Below, piece by piece: positions 39,659-48,511 of a stretch of 64,000 nt of DNA. The notes under the pieces are model-generated. The model ran no database searches. It was not told the origin of the DNA and saw only the letters and a list, made by a program, of their open reading frames with translations. Numbering within the stretch: the stretch's first letter is position 1; each line of letters begins with the position of its first letter. Location: the IMG/VR virus record IMGVR_UViG_3300033144_002959, positions 29,709-93,708 of that record. One strand, 5' to 3'. A program made the position numbers and the translations under genes. This DNA is from a virus.

Positions 39659-39688
39659 ATCATACAACGTTCATTCAAAAACGTGCAA
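39659..39688 (-). promoter_or_regulatory. Putative sigma70-like promoter of the structural operon
   Basis: TTGCAC-N18-TATGAT upstream of the portal gene. Confidence 0.5.
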
Positions 39689-39691
39689 TTT

Positions 39692-40192
39692 TTAGAACTT
39701 ATTGGGTTCTTTTGCCGTTTTTTGATTCAATTCGGATGCTAATGACAACGCCATGAATTGCTTACTCAGCTCGGTGACCTCCTTTTTGAGCACTTCGAAC
39801 GGGGATGGTCCGAGCAATTCAGTGTCCTCAACTCCCGCTTCGGCAAGCGTCATACCGGCTTCCATAAAGTACCTGCACATTTCTTGCAGCGAGTGAATGT
39901 GTTCCCTCATCGAATCAACATGGGCCTCACCAGTCTGAACTCCCTTCGGCCTCATCCCGGCGCTCCACATTTCCTGCATCAACGTATCGGCCTGATCGTA
40001 ATCCAGACTCAACGTTGGATCACCGGGGCTGTACATCGCGCCCGCCTCAACCGTAATTTCCTCGACCTCCTTAAAGCGCCGATGAAACGATTCACCATTG
40101 ACGCCCTCGCCCATCCAGTAAAAATCAATTTGCTGCGACATGATGTTTCGATTTACGAACCATCGCCACGTTTTGTTGTGTTGAAACTTCAT
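39692..40192 (-). CDS. Hypothetical protein
   Basis: 166 aa ORF collinear with neighbours. Confidence 0.6.
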   Translation of the reverse strand: MKFQHNKTWRWFVNRNIMSQQIDFYWMGEGVNGESFHRRFKEVEEITVEAGAMYSPGDPTLSLDYDQADTLMQEMWSAGMRPKGVQTGEAHVDSMREHIHSLQEMCRYFMEAGMTLAEAGVEDTELLGPSPFEVLKKEVTELSKQFMALSLASELNQKTAKEPNKF

Positions 40193-40234
40193 ATAGATTC
40201 TCTCAAATCAGGGGATACCAAGGGTAGGGGTACT

Positions 40235-40504
40235 TCATTTTAACGCAGGAGGCGCGCTCTCAGTGCCCCGTTTCAGGGCCAACCCCGTGTAATTACTAGG
40301 ATTTTGGCGATATCGTTCACAATCCTCTTTGAACGCTTCGAAGTGCGGCAACGCCTCTTTACGATTCTCCACCCAAATACTTGCCTTGTGAAACGGGTAA
40401 TCGTGATTCGAATAAAACGTCACTTTCATTTTCGTGTCCGACTGCCTGCGCATTACCATCCTGCCAATAAAATACATCGGCAACTTTTTCTTGCGCTTAC
40501 TCAT
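40235..40504 (-). CDS. Hypothetical protein
   Basis: 89 aa, overlaps upstream stop. Confidence 0.5.
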   Translation of the reverse strand: MSKRKKKLPMYFIGRMVMRRQSDTKMKVTFYSNHDYPFHKASIWVENRKEALPHFEAFKEDCERYRQNPSNYTGLALKRGTESAPPALK

Positions 40505-40751
40505 TCAGAGTTTCGTGAGCTGTCCTCAAATGAACCAACGTAACTTCGTGTAACGGTGCGCCACTGGTATGTGCCAACGCAAACGGCAACAGCGCCTGAC
40601 TCAATTCCTGATTACGAGAAATAAGGTCAGCCATTTTGTTCACCGCGTTTGCTGCTTGACTCTCCAGCTCGCCACGTAACATAGTGATTTCACCCTCCAG
40701 TATCTTTTTTGTTCCGAGTGGGTGCGTTTCAAAATCCAGATCGCCGCTCAT
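40497..40751 (-). CDS. Hypothetical protein
   Basis: 84 aa, ATGA-coupled. Confidence 0.55.
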   Translation of the reverse strand: MSGDLDFETHPLGTKKILEGEITMLRGELESQAANAVNKMADLISRNQELSQALLPFALAHTSGAPLHEVTLVHLRTAHETLNE

Positions 40752-40936
40752 ATAAACCCCTTTTCTGTTGCCACACTATCGTACAACTCAATCTTCGCAC
40801 TGCATCCCGGCTCCAGATCATCCTCCTGATCCAACACCTGACTCAACGGAATCCAGACCCGCTCGGTTTCAAACTCGACCAGCACCGCTTTCTCAGTCCG
40901 GTGCACCACGTGTATATCAATCCAGTGCGTCATCAT
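40748..40936 (-). CDS. Small beta-barrel phage protein
   Basis: TEKAVLV...VWIPLSQ motif; coupled to polymerase stop. Confidence 0.6.
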   Translation of the reverse strand: MMTHWIDIHVVHRTEKAVLVEFETERVWIPLSQVLDQEDDLEPGCSAKIELYDSVATEKGFI

Positions 40937-43251
40937 AATGGTAACTTCACAGTCTCTGCCAAATTGTTTAATCCGAACTCTACATCAACCGGGAAATCCA
41001 ACTGCGGTTTCCAACCGAATGCCCCCAACGGTAAATTCTCCATGACCTCTTTGATACGCCCAGCCCATTCCATATACTCATCCTCGGGCACGTAAAAACT
41101 CAAGCTGTCATGCGTGAACCCAAACATCCAAAGGTCTGGGTAACGCTTGTCCAGCTCTGCCATTGCCAGCAAACCCATGTCTGTCAACGTGGCCTGCACT
41201 CCAGTGTTCACTGCCTGCCGTTCACTCTGTGCCCGGATATCCTGCGCCCATGATTTGATCAATGGCAAATGTCTGATTCGACCCAGCGGAGACTCAATGT
41301 ATTTATGCTTACGGGCAAACGCTTTGGTCTCGTCATGCCACGGATGCAGCCGATCATACAGCCCAAAAAACGATTCTATGAATGCGTATGCTTCTTTGAG
41401 AGTCAGCGTCACCCCAAAAGATTTCTGTGCATAGTCCACAAAACCTTCCGCGCCCATCGTATAAATCAATCCGAAGTTTCCAGCTTTGCCCCCCTGCCTG
41501 ATATCAGCAATTGCCGGGTGTTTGATCGAAACCATTTCCATTGCTTCGGCCAGCTCCAGCCCATTCAACTGGGCACCGGTTTTCAAATGTAGATCGACGC
41601 CATCCTTGTACGATTGAATCATCGTCGGCTCATCAGCAATGCAGGCCACGATCCGTAACTCGCCCTGAGAGAAATCGACGTCCAGAATCACATAGCCTTC
41701 AGGCGGCACGTACACGCTTCTAAGCGGCTTTGCCCAGTCGGTATGCTTGGGTATCGTTTGGTACGCAGGTTCCTTTACAGACGTTCTCCCGGTACGTCCG
41801 CCGCTGTCATCAGCCTTTGTATCGTCGCCATGAAACAATCCACGAAAAAGCATATAGCTCGGGTGGAAACGGTCATCTGATCGCACGTGTTTCATGAACC
41901 CATCGATGTACGTGCTCTTAGTTTTGCTCGCCTTACTAAATTCCAGTAGCGCCGCAATGAATGGCCCAGCTGTTTTGTGTGTCTTGAACAATTCGAAGTG
42001 CGCCGCAGCTGTGCTCGGCTTGCCGGTCTTCGGCGTCATTATCTTTGGGGTGAGATTCAATCCCTGCCGAGTGAACAGAAAATCGGATACGATCTTTGGG
42101 CGACTGGGTCTCAGGTCTCGATAATGTTTATGCCGCAACGTGTACGGCAACATTTCAATCATAGCTTCCTGATTCGTTTCCAGAACCTGACTCACTTCCT
42201 CATCAAGTTCGTGGTACCGCTTCATGTCCACTACCATGCCGCGTTGTTCCATCTTGCGCACCGCATGTTGTGCCGGGTGCAGCAGCTTCTGATAGAACCG
42301 CAACAGCCGTGGTTGCTTGATCAACTGGCCACGCATCTTTTGTGCTACCTGAAGGCCAGCATCGGTATCGCCCCCAGCGTATTGAATGATGTCCGACTTC
42401 GGCACCAAATCCATTCGCGACTTATCGTACTTACGATTGAATTCGTCGTCATACCCGCCCATGCCCGTGTAAACTTTCGTGTGCAGGTTCAGGCTGTTGC
42501 TGCGGTTCTCTTGCAGCAACGATCCGACCAGTGTGGTGTCCAGTTTGAACGCACTGAAATCGTGAATGTCCCACTTACGCTCCAACCATAACGCATCGTA
42601 TTTGAAATTCGCGCCGTACAATTTAACCTCATTGCTAGAGCACAAGTAATCCAGCCACACCAATTCCTGCGCATCAGGCCAGCCAGCCTTATCGAAATAC
42701 ATGACGTAAGATTCACTCGGTGTAATCGTCAAACTCACTGCGACTATGTAAGCATCCGGGTCCATGTAATCCGTACCGACTGTTTCCAAATCAAGCGATA
42801 TCGGTACTGCCTTACCAGACAATTTGTAAGCTGCCTGAATCGTCTTCACGGGTTCCGCGAAACTCGTAACCTCTTTGTACACTCCGACAACCGGGTTCAA
42901 TGTTCCCTCGGTCATCAAGCGCATCGCGAGTTTCATATCCCAGAAGATTTCAGGACGTCTGGCGTAATCAAAAAAGGCCAGACTCGCGTCCCACGTCACG
43001 AGATACTGACCTGTATCTTTGCCAAGAATCACCCCACGCATACTGGTGATCGCTCGATTCTTCGGGGCGAACCCACGGGTCGCGAGTTCCTTGAGATTGT
43101 CTTTTCCGAATGCGAGACACACGTCTTTCGTCCCCATCTTTGTCGGAAACTTAGACACGCATTTATAAATGACCCCGGATTTTATAAGCCGGGGCCTGAC
43201 TAATTCTTTGAACGATTTGTCGTCGTAGTTAGCCCACGCTATTAGGGTCAA
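40933..43251 (-). CDS. polA: DNA polymerase family A with 3'-5' exonuclease
   Basis: ExoI LDLET, ExoII NFKYD, ExoIII YAGGD; motif A DFSQGELR, B RQGGKAGNFGLIY, C THDS. TTG start at 43251 after CATGGAGG (ORF track 43284). Confidence 0.95.
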   Translation of the reverse strand: MTLIAWANYDDKSFKELVRPRLIKSGVIYKCVSKFPTKMGTKDVCLAFGKDNLKELATRGFAPKNRAITSMRGVILGKDTGQYLVTWDASLAFFDYARRPEIFWDMKLAMRLMTEGTLNPVVGVYKEVTSFAEPVKTIQAAYKLSGKAVPISLDLETVGTDYMDPDAYIVAVSLTITPSESYVMYFDKAGWPDAQELVWLDYLCSSNEVKLYGANFKYDALWLERKWDIHDFSAFKLDTTLVGSLLQENRSNSLNLHTKVYTGMGGYDDEFNRKYDKSRMDLVPKSDIIQYAGGDTDAGLQVAQKMRGQLIKQPRLLRFYQKLLHPAQHAVRKMEQRGMVVDMKRYHELDEEVSQVLETNQEAMIEMLPYTLRHKHYRDLRPSRPKIVSDFLFTRQGLNLTPKIMTPKTGKPSTAAAHFELFKTHKTAGPFIAALLEFSKASKTKSTYIDGFMKHVRSDDRFHPSYMLFRGLFHGDDTKADDSGGRTGRTSVKEPAYQTIPKHTDWAKPLRSVYVPPEGYVILDVDFSQGELRIVACIADEPTMIQSYKDGVDLHLKTGAQLNGLELAEAMEMVSIKHPAIADIRQGGKAGNFGLIYTMGAEGFVDYAQKSFGVTLTLKEAYAFIESFFGLYDRLHPWHDETKAFARKHKYIESPLGRIRHLPLIKSWAQDIRAQSERQAVNTGVQATLTDMGLLAMAELDKRYPDLWMFGFTHDSLSFYVPEDEYMEWAGRIKEVMENLPLGAFGWKPQLDFPVDVEFGLNNLAETVKLPL

Positions 43252-43660
43252 CGACCTTCCTCCATGTTGCCTCAGCGGGATCACATTCCCACTTTCGGAC
43301 TACTCCTGAGTGTACCCGACTCGACGCTTGTAGAAAAGTTTTCACTGACTTAAATATCTCCGGCATTTTATAGTCCACTTTCGATCCATCGATCAGCATG
43401 ATATACGCCGGAACGTCCAGTCCGAAAAACACCAACATCAGATACAGGTCTCCGCGCACGTGCACGACCAGTGCAGATTGATTGCCTTTCTTTTTGTGCA
43501 TTGCTGCCACAATTTCCATCGGGCAACTCATTCGCATTGTCGGCACCATCGGTACCGACAGAGTGCCTTTACCTTTGACCGTACGCGCAGTCACACGTAA
43601 GTGCATTTTCAGCGCGTCCGCCATCCAGTACGAATGTTCTTTTGGTAACAGTTGATTCAT
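43229..43660 (-). CDS. Hypothetical protein
   Basis: ATGA-coupled to upstream ORF. Confidence 0.55.
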   Translation of the reverse strand: MNQLLPKEHSYWMADALKMHLRVTARTVKGKGTLSVPMVPTMRMSCPMEIVAAMHKKKGNQSALVVHVRGDLYLMLVFFGLDVPAYIMLIDGSKVDYKMPEIFKSVKTFLQASSRVHSGVVRKWECDPAEATWRKVVDPNSVG

Positions 43661-43950
43661 GTGATCGCCTTCCATTCGACTTTGTTTTTGTTTAGTTCAG
43701 TGGCACGAATCCGGCCCATCAAAACTCCGAGGTACGTCAGATCAAAATCAACCACCGCGAATTCTGTCCTGACCCCTTTACCCGTGTCCCCTTCCAGCCT
43801 AATGCCAGTAATCGCATTCGTTGCAGTCCAAACAATTTCCTCATTTTCGTCCAGACCGGGAAACGGATTACCGGTTGTTATCTGGTCGCCCTTTTCGAAT
43901 TTCCTAAGTGCAGTTGCATCCATGTCAAATACCTTACGTCCCTTCGCCAT
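43657..43950 (-). CDS. Hypothetical protein
   Basis: 97 aa, overlaps neighbours. Confidence 0.6.
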   Translation of the reverse strand: MAKGRKVFDMDATALRKFEKGDQITTGNPFPGLDENEEIVWTATNAITGIRLEGDTGKGVRTEFAVVDFDLTYLGVLMGRIRATELNKNKVEWKAIT

Positions 43951-44929
43951 TGATCACCCCAAGGTCAGGCATCGGAGTTTCAAATTCCAACCCTGTGCCC
44001 ATCAGTACCGCGCCCAGTGCTCGCTTCGCAATCAGCTCTTCAATGCCATTGAAGTGCACCGACGTGTACCCTTTTTGTATGTAGTCTTCATTGAATCCTG
44101 CCGCGACCAGCGGGTCTTTATGTTTGCCAACCGGCCCCTCGACTCGGATACTCAAATTCGAATTGCTCACCCATCGGGCAGCGAACTTTAGTTTCCCGGC
44201 AATGCCAATGCAGTGATACGTACTGGAATCACTCGTGGCTTTAACCGGCTGATACATCGTTGTCGCCTGCGACAGTTTCACCTTATCCATTTTCAGCGCA
44301 ACGTCTTTGTCCGTTGGAAATACTTCACTCACTTTCGGGCCGTGCACAATCTCATCTTTATCAGGGAACACGGTCACTTCATCGGACTGGTTGAACTGAG
44401 TGTCAACCAAATTTCCTAATTCAACCTGTCCCTTAATAAACGCAGTCCCCTCCATGCTCTCTTCGGCCTCAACGTCATCCAGCATTGCCGATGCCATGTG
44501 CTCTTTGAATACTTTGCCCTCGACAAATTCGCTTGAACTGATCGTGCCAATCTTGGGGCCGGTCTTCTCACCTTCCGCAGCCAACTGGTCAAGGTCTTTC
44601 CAGACTGCCGCTACTGACCCGGTTTTCTTCAGAGGCTTTTTCTTCAACTGTTTCAAGCAAATCGAAAGGGCACCGTTTATTTTCTTCGCCACTTCCTCTT
44701 GTGCAGCAACAGGCAAAATACCTTCCTTTGCCATTTTCAATATGCCGGATTTGATCGGCATATCTTTGACGATGCCATACTCGTGGTTACCGAACTCCAG
44801 CTTGGTGCCTGCGACATTAGCCTTACAGATAACGTCGTAATTTTTCAGTGACGATACCTGTTCAATAGACAACCCGAGACCGAACCATGCGTCCAGTTTC
44901 TCGGGGGTGTATTTGAAACTCAGTGCCAT
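43934..44929 (-). CDS. Hypothetical protein
   Basis: About 331 aa with own promoter and GACATGGAGGC RBS. Confidence 0.75.
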   Translation of the reverse strand: MALSFKYTPEKLDAWFGLGLSIEQVSSLKNYDVICKANVAGTKLEFGNHEYGIVKDMPIKSGILKMAKEGILPVAAQEEVAKKINGALSICLKQLKKKPLKKTGSVAAVWKDLDQLAAEGEKTGPKIGTISSSEFVEGKVFKEHMASAMLDDVEAEESMEGTAFIKGQVELGNLVDTQFNQSDEVTVFPDKDEIVHGPKVSEVFPTDKDVALKMDKVKLSQATTMYQPVKATSDSSTYHCIGIAGKLKFAARWVSNSNLSIRVEGPVGKHKDPLVAAGFNEDYIQKGYTSVHFNGIEELIAKRALGAVLMGTGLEFETPMPDLGVINGEGT

Positions 44930-44956
44930 CAATTGCCTCCATGTCTGTATATAATC

Positions 44957-44985
44957 ATTGTGCCTGATTGATGCACGTCTGTCAA
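44957..44985 (-). promoter_or_regulatory. Sigma70-like promoter
   Basis: TTGACA-gacgtgcatcaatcagg(17)-CACAAT. Confidence 0.7.
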
Positions 44986-44989
44986 ACTC

Positions 44990-45685
44990 TCACTTGACAT
45001 CAAGATCACCGAAAATACAGTGCTTCGCATTAACCGGATTGATCATTGCTTGCATCGCTTTGGTTGTTGTCCCAATCTTTTTTTTGCTGCCGAAAACCTT
45101 CGCGCCCTTGACTTCTTTACAGGCAAAATATTTCATTAAGAATTTGACCTGCGTCGTGGACTCGACCGCTTTCTTACAATAGTTTTTGCGTACATACGTG
45201 ATCGCATCAGGCTCATCAGTCATCACCGCGACCAATGCACTGAGCACAATCCCGGTTCTGCCGTGGCCTCCAATGCAACCAATGTGCACCTTCTGACCGT
45301 CACGAATCTGATCGGCCAACCAAGCAATCAACTCTATAAATTCATCGGAGTCTTTCGGCACCGACATATCTTTGATTTCATAATGAATAGCATGACCGTG
45401 CGCCCACGGAAACCGCTGCTTATGCTGCTTCATGCCGTAATCAAGACCAACGTAAATGTCAGCGTCATTGTGGATTGGGTATGAGCACGATCCGCCAAAC
45501 ACGAACCGGGTTCCACCTTCTGACAAATTCAATTCCAATGGTGGGTGACTTTCATAACAGCGTTTGAATTCGCCCCACTTGGTTTTTGATTTCGATTTCT
45601 GTGACTCCCACGTGGACGCAGCAGTCGAATCCCAATCGGGAGTCGAACTAATCGCCACAACTTTTCCTGATTTTTTAGTAGTCAC
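44990..45685 (-). CDS. Cys-based (PTP/DSP-like) phosphatase
   Basis: VHIGCIGGHGRTG (CX5R), IKDMSVP (WPD-loop equivalent), AVESTTQ. Confidence 0.88.
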   Translation of the reverse strand: MTTKKSGKVVAISSTPDWDSTAASTWESQKSKSKTKWGEFKRCYESHPPLELNLSEGGTRFVFGGSCSYPIHNDADIYVGLDYGMKQHKQRFPWAHGHAIHYEIKDMSVPKDSDEFIELIAWLADQIRDGQKVHIGCIGGHGRTGIVLSALVAVMTDEPDAITYVRKNYCKKAVESTTQVKFLMKYFACKEVKGAKVFGSKKKIGTTTKAMQAMINPVNAKHCIFGDLDVK

Positions 45686-46730
45686 GTGCCTTCACCGCCT
45701 TTTTAATTTTCACTCCGGGCATCACTTCGAAATACAACTTCTCGTGTGCCGCCTTTTTCGCCGCCGCTGCATCCTTCGCCGCCGCAACTTTCTCCAGCAC
45801 CGCTGCATTGGCAGCTTTGAATTTTGGATCGTTACCGAACTTTTGCATGTTCGCTGACTTATACTGATCGTATGTTTGAACCGCACCCAACGCTTCAACA
45901 ACGTCCCAGTCAACCCAACTGTCGTACTCTGTTTTTAGCAATGTCTCCATCGAGAACAGATCGCCCGAATGCGTATTTTGCACGTGTGTGCAAAACGGTG
46001 ACCCGGACTTAATGAGGTTTGGAATTTGCCCAGCTCTTTGGCAATCCAAAATCGTGTACAACTGGAATGCGTCATAGTGCGTGAACTGAAATCCTTTGTT
46101 AAAAATTGGCCCATTGTTATGCGCCAATGCGTAACCAATATCGAGCATCATTTCAACGCTGATTTTTCCGTTCACAGTATCGCGTATCGCTTCGGTGACA
46201 CTGCCCCACGGCTTGCCGCCATAACTCGATGACCAGCTCAACGTGTTAAATACGTCAACCAAATAATCCAGATACGGTCCCAACTTCAGATCACCACTGT
46301 AATTAAACAGAGCCTTCTGAGCACCGGACTTCACTTTTTTCGTAAAGTCCGCACACTGCGAACCATGTTTTTGGATCAACTGGTCTTCTTGCACATTCGT
46401 CAAATGCCGTGACTCACGAGTTGTCGTGATCAGAATGTACTGGAACAATCGCGACCCAGCGGAATTCAAAACTTCGTGGAATCGTTCAACCAATGGCAGC
46501 TTACTGCCCAATGGTTCATCGGGATCGTGCGCAGCTTCAATCTCACCCATCGCGTGCTGCAACAGATAAAATTCAAGCGCCTCGCTCTCAGGGCTTTTCT
46601 GCCCTGCCGAGTTAAGGTTCGCTTTCGCAGTCTTCCCGGCAACCGATAAAGGTACCTGCGACAAATCACGCGCCATCGTACCGGGGCGCTCACTCTTGTG
46701 GTATGCAATTGTGTCGTAATCGTGAATCAT
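45675..46730 (-). CDS. Hypothetical protein with RESRH / YGGKPW / HNNG motifs
   Basis: 351 aa from ATG 46730 with GACATGGAGGC RBS and own promoter; lies between two phosphatases. Confidence 0.75.
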   Translation of the reverse strand: MIHDYDTIAYHKSERPGTMARDLSQVPLSVAGKTAKANLNSAGQKSPESEALEFYLLQHAMGEIEAAHDPDEPLGSKLPLVERFHEVLNSAGSRLFQYILITTTRESRHLTNVQEDQLIQKHGSQCADFTKKVKSGAQKALFNYSGDLKLGPYLDYLVDVFNTLSWSSSYGGKPWGSVTEAIRDTVNGKISVEMMLDIGYALAHNNGPIFNKGFQFTHYDAFQLYTILDCQRAGQIPNLIKSGSPFCTHVQNTHSGDLFSMETLLKTEYDSWVDWDVVEALGAVQTYDQYKSANMQKFGNDPKFKAANAAVLEKVAAAKDAAAAKKAAHEKLYFEVMPGVKIKKAVKARDY

Positions 46731-46752
46731 CAAGCCTCCATGTCTTACCTTT

Positions 46753-46781
46753 AGTATGCCTGCGTGAACCGCGTTTGTCAA
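46753..46781 (-). promoter_or_regulatory. Sigma70-like promoter
   Basis: TTGACA-aacgcggttcacgcagg(17)-CATACT. Confidence 0.7.
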
Positions 46782-46783
46782 AT

Positions 46784-47338
46784 CTACTTATACGATCTGA
46801 CTATTTTCGCTAACCGTTTGACATCGAAATCTCGCACAAACTCTTCCTGTGCTTTTGTCTCGACAGCTTCCGGGCGATACATTGCACGGGCCTTACTAAC
46901 GTAATCGACCGTTCGAAAATCCCACCATCGCCGGGTCGATTCGTGCGCCACCTTAATCAGCAGTGCCACAAATAATCCTGTCCTGCCTCTGCCCCAACCG
47001 CAGCCCACAAACGGAATCAAACCGCCCTTCATCAGCACAATCGTGCTCAGCAAAGCGCTCTCAACCAGCTTCGTATTAGGGATGCCGAAATCTTTGATCG
47101 GACAATCGACCATGTACTTTGCTTTCATTTCCGCAGCCAACTTAATGCCGGGACTATCCTTCGGCTTCTCACTGTACGGCCCAGCCATAACCGGGGACAC
47201 ACCCCACGGAAATAGAATACCAAACGCTATTGTCTCAACCGCTGGGTGTCCAATTGATTGGACGCCTGCAAAATCGAACACGTCATCGTCTTCGATTTGG
47301 TATTCGATATCCACGTTATAGTTTTTCTTTTCTGACAC
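46784..47338 (-). CDS. Cys-based (PTP/DSP-like) phosphatase
   Basis: FVGCGWGRGRTG (CX5R), IKDFGIP, AVETKAQEEFV; GTG start at 47338 after CACGGAGG (ORF track 47437). Confidence 0.88.
   Translation of the reverse strand: MSEKKNYNVDIEYQIEDDDVFDFAGVQSIGHPAVETIAFGILFPWGVSPVMAGPYSEKPKDSPGIKLAAEMKAKYMVDCPIKDFGIPNTKLVESALLSTIVLMKGGLIPFVGCGWGRGRTGLFVALLIKVAHESTRRWWDFRTVDYVSKARAMYRPEAVETKAQEEFVRDFDVKRLAKIVRSYK
47248..47263. promoter_or_regulatory. 16-bp palindromic site, copy 5
   Basis: Exact GTCCAATTGATTGGAC inside the 5' part of the phosphatase gene. Confidence 0.75.
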
Positions 47339-47342
47339 TGCG

Positions 47343-47777
47343 CTACCTCCGTGCTTTGTGTCTGTTATTCGTATTTCCATTTTGCCTGCGTGACGCACGT
47401 TTGTCAACGCCGCTACAATCGGGGCATGGCCACTCACGCCTGTGTGAATTCTCGCACTCCGAAAGTTCGCAGTGCCCGTTGCAACTTACGCAAGCCTCAT
47501 ACACGACAAATTTCCGCGTATCGTCACAGCTCACACAATCCGGCTCATAAAAACTCAGGGACTCAAGCCTATTACGGTTCACCGTCAACAGCAGGTCGCC
47601 ATAGCGACGATTGCCCTCTGGGTGGGTGATGGGAGCGCTTAAATACACGGCCTCCCTGAGCCACGTCAGAGCGTCTGAGCCATCCTGCAAATCCATGTCT
47701 CGGACCCAGCCCAACAAACTCAACGGGATACTAATCCCCTGATTTTGCTGCTTTCTTTTTCCGATATACAACGCCAC
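47343..47777 (-). CDS. Hypothetical protein with CxxC zinc-finger repeats
   Basis: CVSC, CVSC.G, CPDCSG motifs. Confidence 0.65.
   Translation of the reverse strand: MALYIGKRKQQNQGISIPLSLLGWVRDMDLQDGSDALTWLREAVYLSAPITHPEGNRRYGDLLLTVNRNRLESLSFYEPDCVSCDDTRKFVVYEACVSCNGHCELSECENSHRREWPCPDCSGVDKRASRRQNGNTNNRHKARR
47379..47407 (-). promoter_or_regulatory. Sigma70-like promoter
   Basis: TTGACA-aacgtgcgtcacgcagg(17)-CAAAAT. Confidence 0.7.
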
Positions 47778-48045
47778 GATCTACTTTTATCCTCCGTGGT
47801 GCTTCGACAACCACCTTGACTCCATGCCGTTTAATATCTGCACCTGTTCCGGCACTCACCCTGACCTGCGGCAAAATTTCCGACGCACGTCGATCAGTAA
47901 CTTCATGCACCGTATGCAGGGCTGGCTGAAAAACTTTCAGATGGAAATTAAATTCGTGCCGAATATCGTGCAAAACCACGCGCACGTCGTCAACATAAAA
48001 ATCGTTGTACGGTTCATCGGGGTAAAGTTCCAATACCAATCCCAT
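47731..48045 (-). CDS. CsrA/RsmA-like RNA-binding protein (extended)
   Basis: GVKVVVEAPRRIKVDRGVVYRK resembles CsrA [22 protein letters not shown]; N-terminus MGLVLE resembles CsrA beta-1. Confidence 0.6.
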   Translation of the reverse strand: MGLVLELYPDEPYNDFYVDDVRVVLHDIRHEFNFHLKVFQPALHTVHEVTDRRASEILPQVRVSAGTGADIKRHGVKVVVEAPRRIKVDRGVVYRKKKAAKSGD

Positions 48046-48505
48046 CGTCTTCCTCCGTGTTCACGCTGATACTCAGCGCTGTTAATGCTCGCCGGGTTAC
48101 TCTCCATATGGAGCCACCCTTTGTACCGGGCCGAGCCTCTACCCGTTCGATCAAACCTTTGTGCATCAATACGATCAACTGACTACTCACGTCCGACGTA
48201 TTCTGGCCACTCACCCCGCACAAGTCCCGAGTCGTTACAGTCTTCGGGTACAACGATGCGACATGCCCTAAGCACTTTTTGAGTTTCGTACCCTGTTCAG
48301 GCATTCGAAACTCTTCCTTTTTCTGAGTGTGTATGCGGAAACCACCATCAGTAGTTTTCGCATAAACATAACGATGCAGTCCGCAAATGCAACGCTGAAT
48401 AATATCCATGTCCGTGATTTCGTACCAAGCATTGCCATGACATTTCGGGCACTCATCCCGTTCGTTCATCACTCGCGGTTGCTTTCGTACGATCCGTACA
48501 GCCAT
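48014..48505 (-). CDS. Zn-ribbon plus winged-helix DNA-binding protein
   Basis: CPKC...CICG, then VTTRDL...TSDVSSQLIVLMHKGLIERV...WRVT. Confidence 0.7.
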   Translation of the reverse strand: MAVRIVRKQPRVMNERDECPKCHGNAWYEITDMDIIQRCICGLHRYVYAKTTDGGFRIHTQKKEEFRMPEQGTKLKKCLGHVASLYPKTVTTRDLCGVSGQNTSDVSSQLIVLMHKGLIERVEARPGTKGGSIWRVTRRALTALSISVNTEEDDGIGIGTLPR

Positions 48506-48511
48506 ATACCC

